Shown: piece after piece, positions 30,169 through 39,252 of the stretch
How the letters are laid out: each line of letters starts with the position of its first letter
Position numbering within the stretch: position 1 is the first letter of the stretch
DNA from: an uncultured Gammaproteobacteria bacterium
Lineage (GTDB): Bacteria > Patescibacteriota > Microgenomatia > UBA10105 > UBA927
Assembly: GCA_964596355.1 (NCBI GenBank)
Contig: CAZQTD010000004.1
Coordinates: 1,183 to 65,182, forward strand
Direction of reading: 5' to 3'
DNA: 64,000 nt
Notes under the pieces: model-generated
Told to the model about the DNA's origin: nothing
Database searches by the model: none
Seen by the model: the letters and a program-made list of their open reading frames with translations, nothing else
Position numbers and translations under genes: made by a program

Positions 30169-31319
30169 GGAAACTCCACTGTCCCCCTACATAAACTCCG
30201 TTCGTGTCCTTTGCCTGTTATGATGACAAGATCTCCTGCACGGGCTTGGGAGATGGCAAAAGCGATAGCATCAAAACGATGAGGGAATCTGTTCACCGAC
30301 GCCTTGCTGTCTATCCCCGATGCGATCTGGTCCATGATTTCTTCCACGTTTTCGGTGCGATAATCTTCTTCTGTCAGCACAATGATATCCGCATAGGCGC
30401 CTGACGCTTTTCCCATAAGCGGGCGCTTTGAATGGTCCCGCAGGCCGGCGCTTCCAAATACATGGATGAGTCTTCCCTTTGTCTGGCTCCGCGCTGTTTT
30501 CAACGCTTGGACAAGCGCATTAGGTGTATGAGCAAAATCCACGATCACACGAAATGGTGTTGTCTTTATAACCTCCATGCGTCCGGGAATGCCCGAAAAC
30601 CGCGCGATGGCCCGTTGCGCCACGCGTTCTGAAATGCCCAGCGCCCGAGCGGCGGCAAGCGCGGCAAGGCAATTGTACTGGTTAAACTCGCCCGGAAGCT
30701 TTGTCGTACATGTCACCGTTTTTGGCGTCACCATGGCGCTTTTATGAATACCGTAGGTAATCATTGTTTTGTTTTTAAACGAAGTAAGAGCTTTTGCATA
30801 AACCGTTTGATCGTCGCGATTGACAACGGCAATACGAGCGTGTTTGAGAAGCGTAAATTTAGCCCGCAAAAGTTCATCGAATGTTCGGTGCCAATCCAGA
30901 TGCTCATGCGACACGTTCGTAATGACGCCGACGGCAAACGGCACGCCGAAAACGCGGTATTGAGTCAGCGCATGACTCGTTACTTCCAAAACGATGTATC
31001 GATCGCAATGATCAACTGCCTCGCGCAGATACTTTTGCACCCAAAAGGCGTTCGGAGTCGTAACGTGGAATCCTGTATCGTACGACGTCCCCGCAATGAC
31101 GGCATGGACGGATGAAATCATGGAAACCCCAAAGCCTGCAGATTTGAGAATGTCATAGATCAGCGTCGTCGTTGTCGTTTTGCCATCCGTACCGGTGACC
31201 CCTACGACGGTCAGCTTTTTGCCGGGAAATCTAAACCAAAGAACGGAAAATGCGGCAACGAAAAGGTGGTACAAGCCTTTGAGGCTTCGGATCATACCTG
31301 CAATTATACCATTTAGCAC
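30114..31319 (-). CDS. murE: UDP-N-acetylmuramoyl-L-alanyl-D-glutamate--diamino acid ligase
   Basis: 401 aa. P-loop VGVTGTDGKTTTTTLIYDIL and Mur ligase central and C-terminal domains. Diamino-acid specificity not determinable. Confidence 0.85.
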   Translation of the reverse strand: MLNGIIAGMIRSLKGLYHLFVAAFSVLWFRFPGKKLTVVGVTGTDGKTTTTTLIYDILKSAGFGVSMISSVHAVIAGTSYDTGFHVTTPNAFWVQKYLREAVDHCDRYIVLEVTSHALTQYRVFGVPFAVGVITNVSHEHLDWHRTFDELLRAKFTLLKHARIAVVNRDDQTVYAKALTSFKNKTMITYGIHKSAMVTPKTVTCTTKLPGEFNQYNCLAALAAARALGISERVAQRAIARFSGIPGRMEVIKTTPFRVIVDFAHTPNALVQALKTARSQTKGRLIHVFGSAGLRDHSKRPLMGKASGAYADIIVLTEEDYRTENVEEIMDQIASGIDSKASVNRFPHRFDAIAFAISQARAGDLVIITGKGHERSLCRGTVEFPWSDQEAAIICINQNSFQ

Positions 31320-31320
31320 A

Positions 31321-32994
31321 TTACTGCGGCGGGATACCTAAGTAGAGCAACAGCTCGCGCGCGACGGAGAAAAAAAGCGGCGCTGCTGTTTCCGATCCCC
31401 AAGGAGAAGACGAGGGTTCACGAAGCGTCACGAGCATGACAAACCGAGGAGAATCAACCGGCGCAAACCCCACAAACGATGCAATTGTTTTGGTTTCATC
31501 ATAGTGGCCGGCAACCGGTATCTGCGCCGTGCCGGTTTTGCCGGCTATACGATACCTTCTGGGTTTTGCCCATTTCGCTTCGCCATGATCCACCGCATTG
31601 ACCATCATTTCAGTAATTATTGCCGCCGCCTCCTTTCCAACAACCTGACGGATTTTTTTGGGCTTTATTTGAACCCTTTTTCCTTCTTTTGAAACGATTT
31701 CTTTTACCACGCGGGGTTCCATAAGGATGCCGCCGTTGGCTATCGCACTTACCGCGCGAAGCATCTGTATAGGCGTCACCGCAATCCCCTGTCCAAATGA
31801 TGCGGTTGCCACGTCGATATCGCGCCACGCTGCGTCGTCTCTCAATTCCGGAGACGTCTCCTCCTCCAAATCAATACCCGTGGGCTTGCCGAAACCGAAT
31901 GAACGAATGTAGGAAATAAGTTTCTCTTTTCCGAGCTTCTTGGCAACGAACACCATCCCAACGTTGGAGGAATGCTGGATAATTTCAGCCATTGTCTGGG
32001 TACCTCTGTATTCGTTATTCCACGTCCGAATACTGTACTCCCCAACGATAACCGGCCCTCTTTCTTCCATGGTAGTCTGCGCCGTCACGGCTTGAGCATC
32101 AAGAGCCGCCGCCATGACAAGCACCTTAAATGTACTCCCCGGCTCGTACGATGAGGCCACAAGAGGGTTTTTGTATACGGCCTTATCGAATTCCGTATAT
32201 GCCATCGGGTCGTAGGAAGGGTATGAAGCTGCTGCCAATATCCCGCCGGTTTTAGGATCCATAACAGTGATAGTGCCCTCTTTGGCTCCATATTTCTGTA
32301 TGCCATCTATCAGCTTGCGTTCGACAATCCGCTGAATCGTGCGGTCCAGCCATAACACAAGCGACTGACCGTCTTCTGCGTCAAACCGCTTCGCATTGCC
32401 AATGACAATCGGCGCTCCCCGAACGTCTTTTTCCTGCACAAGCCTTCCGTCTTTCCCGCGAAGCAGCCTGTCATAAAACCCCTCAAGGCCAAAGTAGCCC
32501 TGATCTCTGCCATTTTCATCGAATCCCACAAACCCAAGTACATGCGCGGCCATAGAGGCTTCAGGATAATAGCGCTTCGAATCGTTTTCAAATCCCATGC
32601 CCGGCAGTTTAAGCGTTTTTAAATCGCTCGCGACGCGCTCGTCAACTTTATGAGCAAGCGGCACCCACAGGCGGCCGGGTTGCTCAAGCGCTGTCAGCGT
32701 TTGTTTTTCATCCAGCGATAATATTGGCGCTATTTGCGACACAAACGCTTTGGGGTCATCAATCTCCTTCGGCTGGGCAAATACCAAACTGGCCGGCACG
32801 CTCATCGCCAACGGACTGCCATCTGAAGCGATAATTTCTCCTCTTGTCGCCGGGATAGTAAATTCAGAAGTGTACTGCGCTGTGGCTTCTACTCGCAAGC
32901 GATCGCCGGAAATCACCTGCCAATAAAAAAGTCGAATGATAATGAAGGAGAAAATCCCGATGAATACGAAGAAAACGCTTGCAATTCGCCACAT
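31321..32994 (-). CDS. ftsI: class B penicillin-binding protein (peptidoglycan D,D-transpeptidase FtsI)
   Basis: 557 aa. N-terminal TM, then SxxK = STFK, SSN-like motif and KTGTA. Confidence 0.85.
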   Translation of the reverse strand: MWRIASVFFVFIGIFSFIIIRLFYWQVISGDRLRVEATAQYTSEFTIPATRGEIIASDGSPLAMSVPASLVFAQPKEIDDPKAFVSQIAPILSLDEKQTLTALEQPGRLWVPLAHKVDERVASDLKTLKLPGMGFENDSKRYYPEASMAAHVLGFVGFDENGRDQGYFGLEGFYDRLLRGKDGRLVQEKDVRGAPIVIGNAKRFDAEDGQSLVLWLDRTIQRIVERKLIDGIQKYGAKEGTITVMDPKTGGILAAASYPSYDPMAYTEFDKAVYKNPLVASSYEPGSTFKVLVMAAALDAQAVTAQTTMEERGPVIVGEYSIRTWNNEYRGTQTMAEIIQHSSNVGMVFVAKKLGKEKLISYIRSFGFGKPTGIDLEEETSPELRDDAAWRDIDVATASFGQGIAVTPIQMLRAVSAIANGGILMEPRVVKEIVSKEGKRVQIKPKKIRQVVGKEAAAIITEMMVNAVDHGEAKWAKPRRYRIAGKTGTAQIPVAGHYDETKTIASFVGFAPVDSPRFVMLVTLREPSSSPWGSETAAPLFFSVARELLLYLGIPPQ

Positions 32995-33002
32995 ACCGAC
33001 AC

Positions 33003-33311
33003 TTATTGCGGATAACTAAGCGCAACCGGCAGCTCATGCGAACGTATGATAACAAACTTCGACGCGTCAAGCGCTTCCACAAAGCCCATCTGGCTGGCTC
33101 GCTGGGAAATTGAACGAAGCGATGAAGCAGACGCCACTTCCTGACGCAAGAGATCGTTTTGGTGCTCGACGTGTTCGATGGCGGCGTCAATGTCCCGTAT
33201 TTCTGCACCCGATGTCGCCAGATGATTGGTCAACATAATAGCGATAATCACAAGAAAAATTGCCACAAACGGCAAAAGAGAAAGAAGTATGCGGCACATC
33301 GTTCGCATCAT
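33003..33311 (-). CDS. ftsL: FtsL-like small bitopic division protein
   Basis: 102 aa. Single TM (LLSLLPFVAIFLVIIAIML) followed by a coiled-coil-like segment. Canonical position between rsmH and ftsI. Confidence 0.5.
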   Translation of the reverse strand: MMRTMCRILLSLLPFVAIFLVIIAIMLTNHLATSGAEIRDIDAAIEHVEHQNDLLRQEVASASSLRSISQRASQMGFVEALDASKFVIIRSHELPVALSYPQ

Positions 33312-34222
33312 AGCTTTTCTGCAATGCGCAGTTTCGCGCTTCTGGATCTTCTATTTCTTGCCACTTCTTCAGCTGATGCCACCACAGGTTTTTTTGTTAT
33401 GCTTCGCATCGCGCTTGCTCGTATAAACTGCTTCACAATCCTATCTTCAAGTGAATGAAAGCTGATGACAACGAGCCGTCCGCCTGATTGAAGCAGCGTT
33501 TCTGCTCCGGCTAAACCGCGTTTGAGCGAGCGAAGCTCGTCATTGACAACAATTCGAAACGCTTGGTAAACCCTTGAAAGAGTTTTTTCTCCATTTCCTC
33601 CCGCTGCCGCGCGCGCCACGACTAAACGGATGTCTTTCCCCGTTATAAGCGGGCTTACCGTACGGGCGCGGACAACAGCATGAGCAATTGCCCGAGCACG
33701 CTGTTCTTCACCAAACGTTGCAAGTATTTCATACAACTCCTCTTCGGATAGACGGTCGATCACGCTATGCGCCGATTCGCCGAGTGATTTATCGAACCGC
33801 AGATCAAACGGCGCGTCGTCAAACCGATAGCTGAATCCCGCACTCGGGGTATTCAGCTGGTGGCTGGATACCCCGAGATCAAACAGTATCCCGTCAACCG
33901 ACTCAAATCCCTCTTGTTTTGCGATCTGGTCAATATCGCAAAAATTCCCGTGAACAAGCTTCCATGTTCCTCGTGTTTCCAACTTCTTAGCTCCAACCTC
34001 CAACCGACGTCTCGTAAACGCAATTGCCTCTTCATCCAAGTCAATCCCCAATACATCACCGCCGCGTTTGACGATTTCCCACAAGTGCCCTCCTCCTCCA
34101 ACGGTCGCATCGATGTACCGCTTCTTCGGATTTACGCGTAAACCCTCAAGCACTTCTCGCACTAACACCGGCTCATGAAAGACGTTCATGGCATTTGGGG
34201 TCCGGCTTCGTACGTTTCCCAC
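33308..34222 (-). CDS. rsmH: 16S rRNA (cytosine1402-N4)-methyltransferase
   Basis: 304 aa. FHEPVLVREVLEGL...YIDATVGGGGH is the canonical RsmH/MraW N-terminus. Confidence 0.9.
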   Translation of the reverse strand: MGNVRSRTPNAMNVFHEPVLVREVLEGLRVNPKKRYIDATVGGGGHLWEIVKRGGDVLGIDLDEEAIAFTRRRLEVGAKKLETRGTWKLVHGNFCDIDQIAKQEGFESVDGILFDLGVSSHQLNTPSAGFSYRFDDAPFDLRFDKSLGESAHSVIDRLSEEELYEILATFGEEQRARAIAHAVVRARTVSPLITGKDIRLVVARAAAGGNGEKTLSRVYQAFRIVVNDELRSLKRGLAGAETLLQSGGRLVVISFHSLEDRIVKQFIRASAMRSITKKPVVASAEEVARNRRSRSAKLRIAEKL

Positions 34223-34587
34223 GTCTTTTTATCCCAGATCTCAAAGTGATCACCGGCTCCCACGACCACGACGTCTTTTGTAACATGCGCATATTCCTTA
34301 AGCAGGGCAGGCAAAAGAATACGACCAAGCTTATCCACCTCGACAGAAACCGCGCCGGCAAACATGTATCGCCTGATTGCTCGTGCCTTCTCCTCTGTAA
34401 TCGGCGCCTCCAGTTGCTTAGCTGCTTCCTTTTTCCAACTCTCCCGGTCAAATCCAAAGATACACGCGTCAAAGCCTCGCGAAAGAATGACGCTTTTCTC
34501 TCCCAGTTCTTGTCGAATCTTTCTCGGTATGGTCAACCGGCCTCGATCATCCAGCGCATGGTCGTATTCCCCAAGGAATAGCTTCAT
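34186..34587 (-). CDS. mraZ: transcriptional regulator MraZ
   Basis: 133 aa. MKLFLGEYDHALDDRGRLTIP and a second DxxxR repeat. AGGA RBS 8 nt upstream. Confidence 0.9.
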   Translation of the reverse strand: MKLFLGEYDHALDDRGRLTIPRKIRQELGEKSVILSRGFDACIFGFDRESWKKEAAKQLEAPITEEKARAIRRYMFAGAVSVEVDKLGRILLPALLKEYAHVTKDVVVVGAGDHFEIWDKKTWETYEAGPQMP

Positions 34588-34607
34588 GTCCCAATCCTAC
34601 CATTTCT

Positions 34608-34632
34608 TCCCACTAATTTCCATAGTTACCCA
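34608..34632 (-). promoter_or_regulatory. candidate MraZ operator (three direct pentamer repeats at 10-bp spacing)
   Basis: Minus-strand sequence TGGGT-aacta-TGGAA-attag-TGGGA. Three TGG[GA]N pentamers with 5-nt spacers, 21-45 nt upstream of the mraZ ATG. Confidence 0.5.
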
Positions 34633-34740
34633 TTTTTCACAACATGTCAAGAGGCATTTCACGCAAAGAGTGCATCAGAATCATCTATAGTGCAAATAAG
34701 AAAAAACGTACACAACAGGTAGCGTTTGAGGTCAAAAAAA

Positions 34741-34756
34741 TGAACATGGATGTTCA
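34741..34756. promoter_or_regulatory. perfect 16-bp palindrome TGAACATggATGTTCA, candidate operator
   Basis: 7-2-7 perfect inverted repeat about 155 nt upstream of mraZ. GAAC/GTTC half-sites resemble but do not match the Gram-positive LexA box spacing. Confidence 0.3.
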
Positions 34757-34884
34757 ATCACTCTCTTTGTAGTCACAAGTGGAATATGATGTATGGCAAT
34801 ACGTTACGATATGCAAAGAGCATCGTGTGTGTGATAACGGATGTTTTTGGTCAGGGGGAATTTCTTTCGGTACGAGAATTCTCG

Positions 34885-35352
34885 TTACAGTTCGTACTCT
34901 TTGGAGAATTGACTTTTGCGACCGTCGGCGGCGGTGAACTCAAGAACAACGGAAACCTTTGAAACCCCTACGTCTGGCTTGCAGACGTTTTTTGAGCACG
35001 TTCCCAGATATATTTCCCGTTCAAACGCGTCTTGATCGGCCACATCAATCGGCTTGCTCCCTGAATTAACGCCTTTGATAAGACCTTCGCTTTCGTACGT
35101 TAGCTCATAGGCAACCGACGCCATCTTACGCGCAAGTCCTTTAACGCGCAGAGTAACGGTGTTGTCTTTTGATTTGCTCTTCGTTACCTCAACGATGACG
35201 GATTCATCAACCTGCGGAAGAAGTTCACTCTGCTCCTCTTCTTCGCTTGCGATAGACCTTGATTTTGCGCTAAATCCCACCTTATAGACAACTACTCCGG
35301 TGATAAGGAGTAAAACCGCAAGCACTCCAACAATAATACCTGTTTTTTTCAT
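34885..35352 (-). CDS. hypothetical membrane-anchored or secreted protein
   Basis: 155 aa. N-terminal signal-anchor (IIVGVLAVLLLITGVVVY), acidic linker EEEEQSE, and a C-terminal domain with two Cys. No recognisable family. Confidence 0.45.
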   Translation of the reverse strand: MKKTGIIVGVLAVLLLITGVVVYKVGFSAKSRSIASEEEEQSELLPQVDESVIVEVTKSKSKDNTVTLRVKGLARKMASVAYELTYESEGLIKGVNSGSKPIDVADQDAFEREIYLGTCSKNVCKPDVGVSKVSVVLEFTAADGRKSQFSKEYEL

Positions 35353-36653
35353 AATTTCTCTTGGATATAATGAGTAAGTTTGTCTATTGTTACTCTGTCT
35401 TGTTTCGTCGTATCCCTGTCGCGAACCGTCACGGTGTCATCTTTCACTGTATCATAATCAATGGTGACACACCAAGGGGTGCCAATCTCGTCCTGCGCCA
35501 AATAGCGCTTGCCAATGTTGCCGCGATCATCCCACGCAGTGACAACATGAGGCTTGAGGAGATAGTAGACAGCCTTTGCTTTCCTTATCAACTCCTCTTT
35601 ATTGGAAACAAGCGGGAACACCGCAACTTTCACCGGAGAAAGCCGCGGATGAAGAGCGAGAACTACGCGCCTGCCCTCTTCGCGATACGCATCAGTAAGG
35701 AAAAAGAGCGCCGCCCTGTCAACGCCGCCGGACGTTTCAATGACCCACGGGATATATACTTCGCCGGTTGTATCATCGCGATACGTCTGTTTGTGATTTT
35801 TGAGATCAAAATCGCCTCGATGATGAATTCCCTCAAATTCACTCCAGCCTCCGCCAGAGGCGGATCCGGATTTGGCGGAAAACGGCGCGTCATATTCGAT
35901 ATCAGTAGCATGTCTTGCATAATGCGCCCTTTCATTTGACGCATGATCTCTGAATCGTAATTTCTTTTTATCCATCCCCAAGGAAAGGTACCACTTCATC
36001 CGTTCTTCTTTCCAATAGGAAAACCATTTCTCGCCTTCTTTTTCTTCCGGACGGATAAAAAACTCAAGCTCCATTTGCTCAAACTCGCGGCTGCGAAACG
36101 TGAAGTTGCCTGGGGTTATTTCGTTTCGAAACGCTTTGCCGATTTGCGCAATACCGAAGGGGATTTTCACACGAGTTGAATCAACCACGTTGCGAAAGTT
36201 TACAAACACTCCCTGCGTAATCTCACCTCGAAGATACGCTTTTTCCTTGGGCTCGGTGACGCCTAAGGAAACTTCTGTTAACAGATTAAAGGTCTTCGGC
36301 TCCGTCCATTCGACAGCGACTCCCGGATGAACCTGTATTTGATGACCGGAAATTTCATCAGACCTATCTGCCCGAAAACGCTGATGACACACCTTGCACT
36401 CTACGAGCGGATCGGCAAACGCCTTGGTGTGCCCTGATGCTTCCCACACCGCGGGATTCATAATAATTGACGCATCGATACCAACGACGTCATCGCGCAT
36501 GTTTACCATGCTGCGCCACCACTCGTGTTTTATGTTGCGCTTAAGTTCAGCTCCCAGCGGCCCGTAATCCCAAAAACCGGCAATCCCACCATAGATTTCG
36601 CTTGAAGGGTAGATAAATCCGCGGCGTTTGGCAAGAGCGACAATTTTATCCAT
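35349..36653 (-). CDS. glyQS: glycine--tRNA ligase, single-chain dimeric (archaeal/eukaryote-like) type
   Basis: 434 aa. RRGFIYPSSEIYGGIAGFWDYGPLG is the class II GlyRS alpha2 N-terminus. C-terminal anticodon-binding domain. Confidence 0.9.
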   Translation of the reverse strand: MDKIVALAKRRGFIYPSSEIYGGIAGFWDYGPLGAELKRNIKHEWWRSMVNMRDDVVGIDASIIMNPAVWEASGHTKAFADPLVECKVCHQRFRADRSDEISGHQIQVHPGVAVEWTEPKTFNLLTEVSLGVTEPKEKAYLRGEITQGVFVNFRNVVDSTRVKIPFGIAQIGKAFRNEITPGNFTFRSREFEQMELEFFIRPEEKEGEKWFSYWKEERMKWYLSLGMDKKKLRFRDHASNERAHYARHATDIEYDAPFSAKSGSASGGGWSEFEGIHHRGDFDLKNHKQTYRDDTTGEVYIPWVIETSGGVDRAALFFLTDAYREEGRRVVLALHPRLSPVKVAVFPLVSNKEELIRKAKAVYYLLKPHVVTAWDDRGNIGKRYLAQDEIGTPWCVTIDYDTVKDDTVTVRDRDTTKQDRVTIDKLTHYIQEKL

Positions 36654-36662
36654 GTGCGTAGT

Positions 36663-37232
36663 TTACGATGGAGTGATAAGGCGGGTCAAGAGAGGCCATG
36701 CACGAAGCCTTCGCTCCGTGATATGCTCAATATACGGCTTCATGCGGTCGCGGGTTAACTGTCTTTCTCTGGGCAAGTATCCCAGCATCCACAAGAGCTG
36801 ATGAACAAAATGCGTCAGCACCCGTTGGTACGCTTCGCTATCCGTACTTTCTTTAAGCCAACAGAGGCTATCGCGAAGCAGAAAAAATATATTCCTCTGC
36901 TCCTGCCTTTCCGGCATAAGGTGATCTACCAACTCGCATAGGCAATACGCGTATCCCATCTTCATGATGTCGCGCGAAAAAACACTTCCGCGCGAAACAG
37001 ATTGTACCTCGGTTAGGATATCTACCGTATGACCGTTATGAACAGAAACAATCACATGATTGAATATCTCCAGATGTCCTGCCCGTCTACTGGTTACACG
37101 CCGAATGCCTTTTGCCGCAAGACGTATTTTCCCGTATTGTTTCGTCAGCAGGGTAACAATTCTATCGGCTTCGCCTATTGCGCGTCGCTTCAAGACTATA
37201 CCTTCTGCAGTATAAACCTTCGAAGCTCTCAT
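36663..37232 (-). CDS. recO: DNA repair protein RecO
   Basis: 189 aa. N-terminal OB-fold signature EGIVLKRRAIGEADRIVTLLTKQYGKIRLAAKG. Confidence 0.75.
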   Translation of the reverse strand: MRASKVYTAEGIVLKRRAIGEADRIVTLLTKQYGKIRLAAKGIRRVTSRRAGHLEIFNHVIVSVHNGHTVDILTEVQSVSRGSVFSRDIMKMGYAYCLCELVDHLMPERQEQRNIFFLLRDSLCWLKESTDSEAYQRVLTHFVHQLLWMLGYLPRERQLTRDRMKPYIEHITERRLRAWPLLTRLITPS

Positions 37233-37238
37233 GAAGTG

Positions 37239-39209
37239 CTAGAGAACAAGTTCTGTATCGGCGTCGAGCGTAAATTTCTTTTTATCTTTGCCGCCGATTT
37301 TAATCACCACGTCGTCGCCGTCGGTGCCCGGCTGCTTCTGCAGAAGCAATCGGTATTTGCCGTCTGAAGATGCAACCGGCGACGTATATGTCAAATCAAG
37401 CCTCGCAGTACCCAGCGGATTGACAATTAAAAACCCCTCAAAAACGGTTTTGCCCAGCGCCTCATAGGTAGCCATGGGAGAGGGCTTATTGTCCTTGGGC
37501 GATTGTGTCCCTTTGCTTTCAAGAAGTTTACTGCCGACAGGCACGTAGATGCGCACCCAATTGCGAAGCGGCGCATTGAGGCAAAGCCCGCCGCTTTCCA
37601 GCCCGCAGTCAGAACCGGAATACGGGTTTTTGTATTCAACGATTAGTTTAGTCGTCATGGTACCGTCGCCGGCAATAGTCGTGTCTTTGATAATTTTTTC
37701 GCTGACGAACATGTTTGATTTAGCACCTGCCATGTTGCTGTTATTGATATGAAGGTAATCCCAACCCTCCCCCTCTTTGTACTTAAGGACAGCGGCGGTG
37801 TCGCCACGCCTCATGATGCGGCCGGCCACGTTAAAGCTCTCAACGGCTTTCTGCTCTTCGGGATCATGCAGATAGGCCAGAACGTGTTTTTCGTTAATCT
37901 CGGCAATAAGCATCTGAAACAGTTTCCCCCAATACTGCGACGGTGAAACACCGAGAGCCTTCTGCAAAATTGAGTGGAGAAGAACGCCGATAATGTCTTT
38001 GCGCGCTTCCCGTACGTAGTTAACCGGCCGAGTCGAATAATCTTCAAGCTCATACACCGCGCGCGGACAATCGCACCGCTTGTCTATTTCAGCGCTAAAT
38101 TCTCTGCCGTAAACAGTCATCGGCCCCAATATTTTGAGCGCCTCTACCAGAACGTGGGTGTCCACGGCAAAAATTCCGTCGATTCGCTCGCGGCTTGACG
38201 AAGTTTCATACAATTCTTCAAATGTGGCCATTGATTCTTTAAAATCAGGAGACAGATTGCTGTCACGGATGTTGAGCGTATAGACGCCTTTATGAAACGT
38301 TTGGATTTCTCGCGGCGCCGGAAATTTTTTCTTTAGCGAAGCATCTAGCGCGTAGATATCATCGGCTTTCTCCAATATCGCTTTGCCGCGGACAAAGCGA
38401 AACTGCGCGTATGCCGTTATAAACCCTCCGGTGGGCCGAAGTTCCTTGTCGTTTTGAAATAATACAAGATACCTGCGTTCTTCAGGCTCGCCGAGCATCG
38501 CGGGCATATTCAGAAGAAGCGGTTGGGCATTCACAAAAAGGTTGGCTGCGCTGTCAATGGTTTCTTTGGCGGCTATGAGTCGTGAACGAACCGTCATGCC
38601 GCGGAAACGCTCCGGATATCTATCCGGATCTATGGCGTCTACTTCCTTTCTCAACGTGTCAATACTGCCTGCCATTGCGTTTATCTTCGGGACAAGCGCG
38701 TTCATGGTTTTTACCGCCGTCTGAATGCGGTCATCAGCGGTTCCGGCTACAAATGTACTCTCTCCTTTGAGCCCCAGAAGGTCTGCGTTCGGTTCCAGCG
38801 CTTCAATTGCCTGATCCACAGCGTTAACACCAGCATCAGCGGCGTTGAGCGCGTGTTCTCCGTCGGCAATATACGCTCCGAGGATCGGCACAAATTTAAG
38901 CGGCAACATCTTGGCATACGCCGCACGAAGTTCATCAAGACTTTTGCGTGTTTCCTTAAGACCTTCTTTGGTTTTTCCAAGATCCTGACTCTTGATTGCC
39001 GCAGACATCTGCCGCGCCATTTGTGCGACATCCTGCGCTTTAGCCACCACTCCGCGCAACGGCAGAAGCATCACAATGAGGACTATAAAAAGCACAACGA
39101 CAACGCCCAGAGGAATGAGGATATAGCTTCGAAAAACTGTTTTCTTTCCGACAAGTTTCTTTGCCGGAGAGCTTGTTTCGAGCGATATTTTTTTGAGTTC
39201 TTCGACCAT
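37239..39209 (-). CDS. DUF4012 domain membrane-anchored protein
   Basis: 656 aa. N-terminal TM, long coiled-coil-like region, then the DUF4012 core LVLFQNDKELRPTGGFITAY. Directly downstream of the phosphoglycosyl transferase. Confidence 0.75.
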   Translation of the reverse strand: MVEELKKISLETSSPAKKLVGKKTVFRSYILIPLGVVVVLFIVLIVMLLPLRGVVAKAQDVAQMARQMSAAIKSQDLGKTKEGLKETRKSLDELRAAYAKMLPLKFVPILGAYIADGEHALNAADAGVNAVDQAIEALEPNADLLGLKGESTFVAGTADDRIQTAVKTMNALVPKINAMAGSIDTLRKEVDAIDPDRYPERFRGMTVRSRLIAAKETIDSAANLFVNAQPLLLNMPAMLGEPEERRYLVLFQNDKELRPTGGFITAYAQFRFVRGKAILEKADDIYALDASLKKKFPAPREIQTFHKGVYTLNIRDSNLSPDFKESMATFEELYETSSSRERIDGIFAVDTHVLVEALKILGPMTVYGREFSAEIDKRCDCPRAVYELEDYSTRPVNYVREARKDIIGVLLHSILQKALGVSPSQYWGKLFQMLIAEINEKHVLAYLHDPEEQKAVESFNVAGRIMRRGDTAAVLKYKEGEGWDYLHINNSNMAGAKSNMFVSEKIIKDTTIAGDGTMTTKLIVEYKNPYSGSDCGLESGGLCLNAPLRNWVRIYVPVGSKLLESKGTQSPKDNKPSPMATYEALGKTVFEGFLIVNPLGTARLDLTYTSPVASSDGKYRLLLQKQPGTDGDDVVIKIGGKDKKKFTLDADTELVL

Positions 39210-39252
39210 TCTTCTATTGTTCCTAGTTTGCTAATAATTGTCAACTTCTCCT

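Noticed and set aside
34741-34756. Interpretation of the 16-bp palindrome as a LexA (Cheo/SOS) box.
   Set aside because: Half-sites are GAAC/GTTC, but the spacer is 6 nt rather than 4 (CGAACRNRYGTTCG consensus). Kept only as a generic candidate operator.
34872-34885. Palindrome ACGAGAATTCTCGT overlapping the stop codon of the 155-aa gene, and a similar GTAAC-N5-GTTAC hairpin at 59815-59829 overlapping the stop of the 960-aa gene.
   Set aside because: No U-tract follows on the transcribed strand and the stems are short, so they are not convincing intrinsic terminators.
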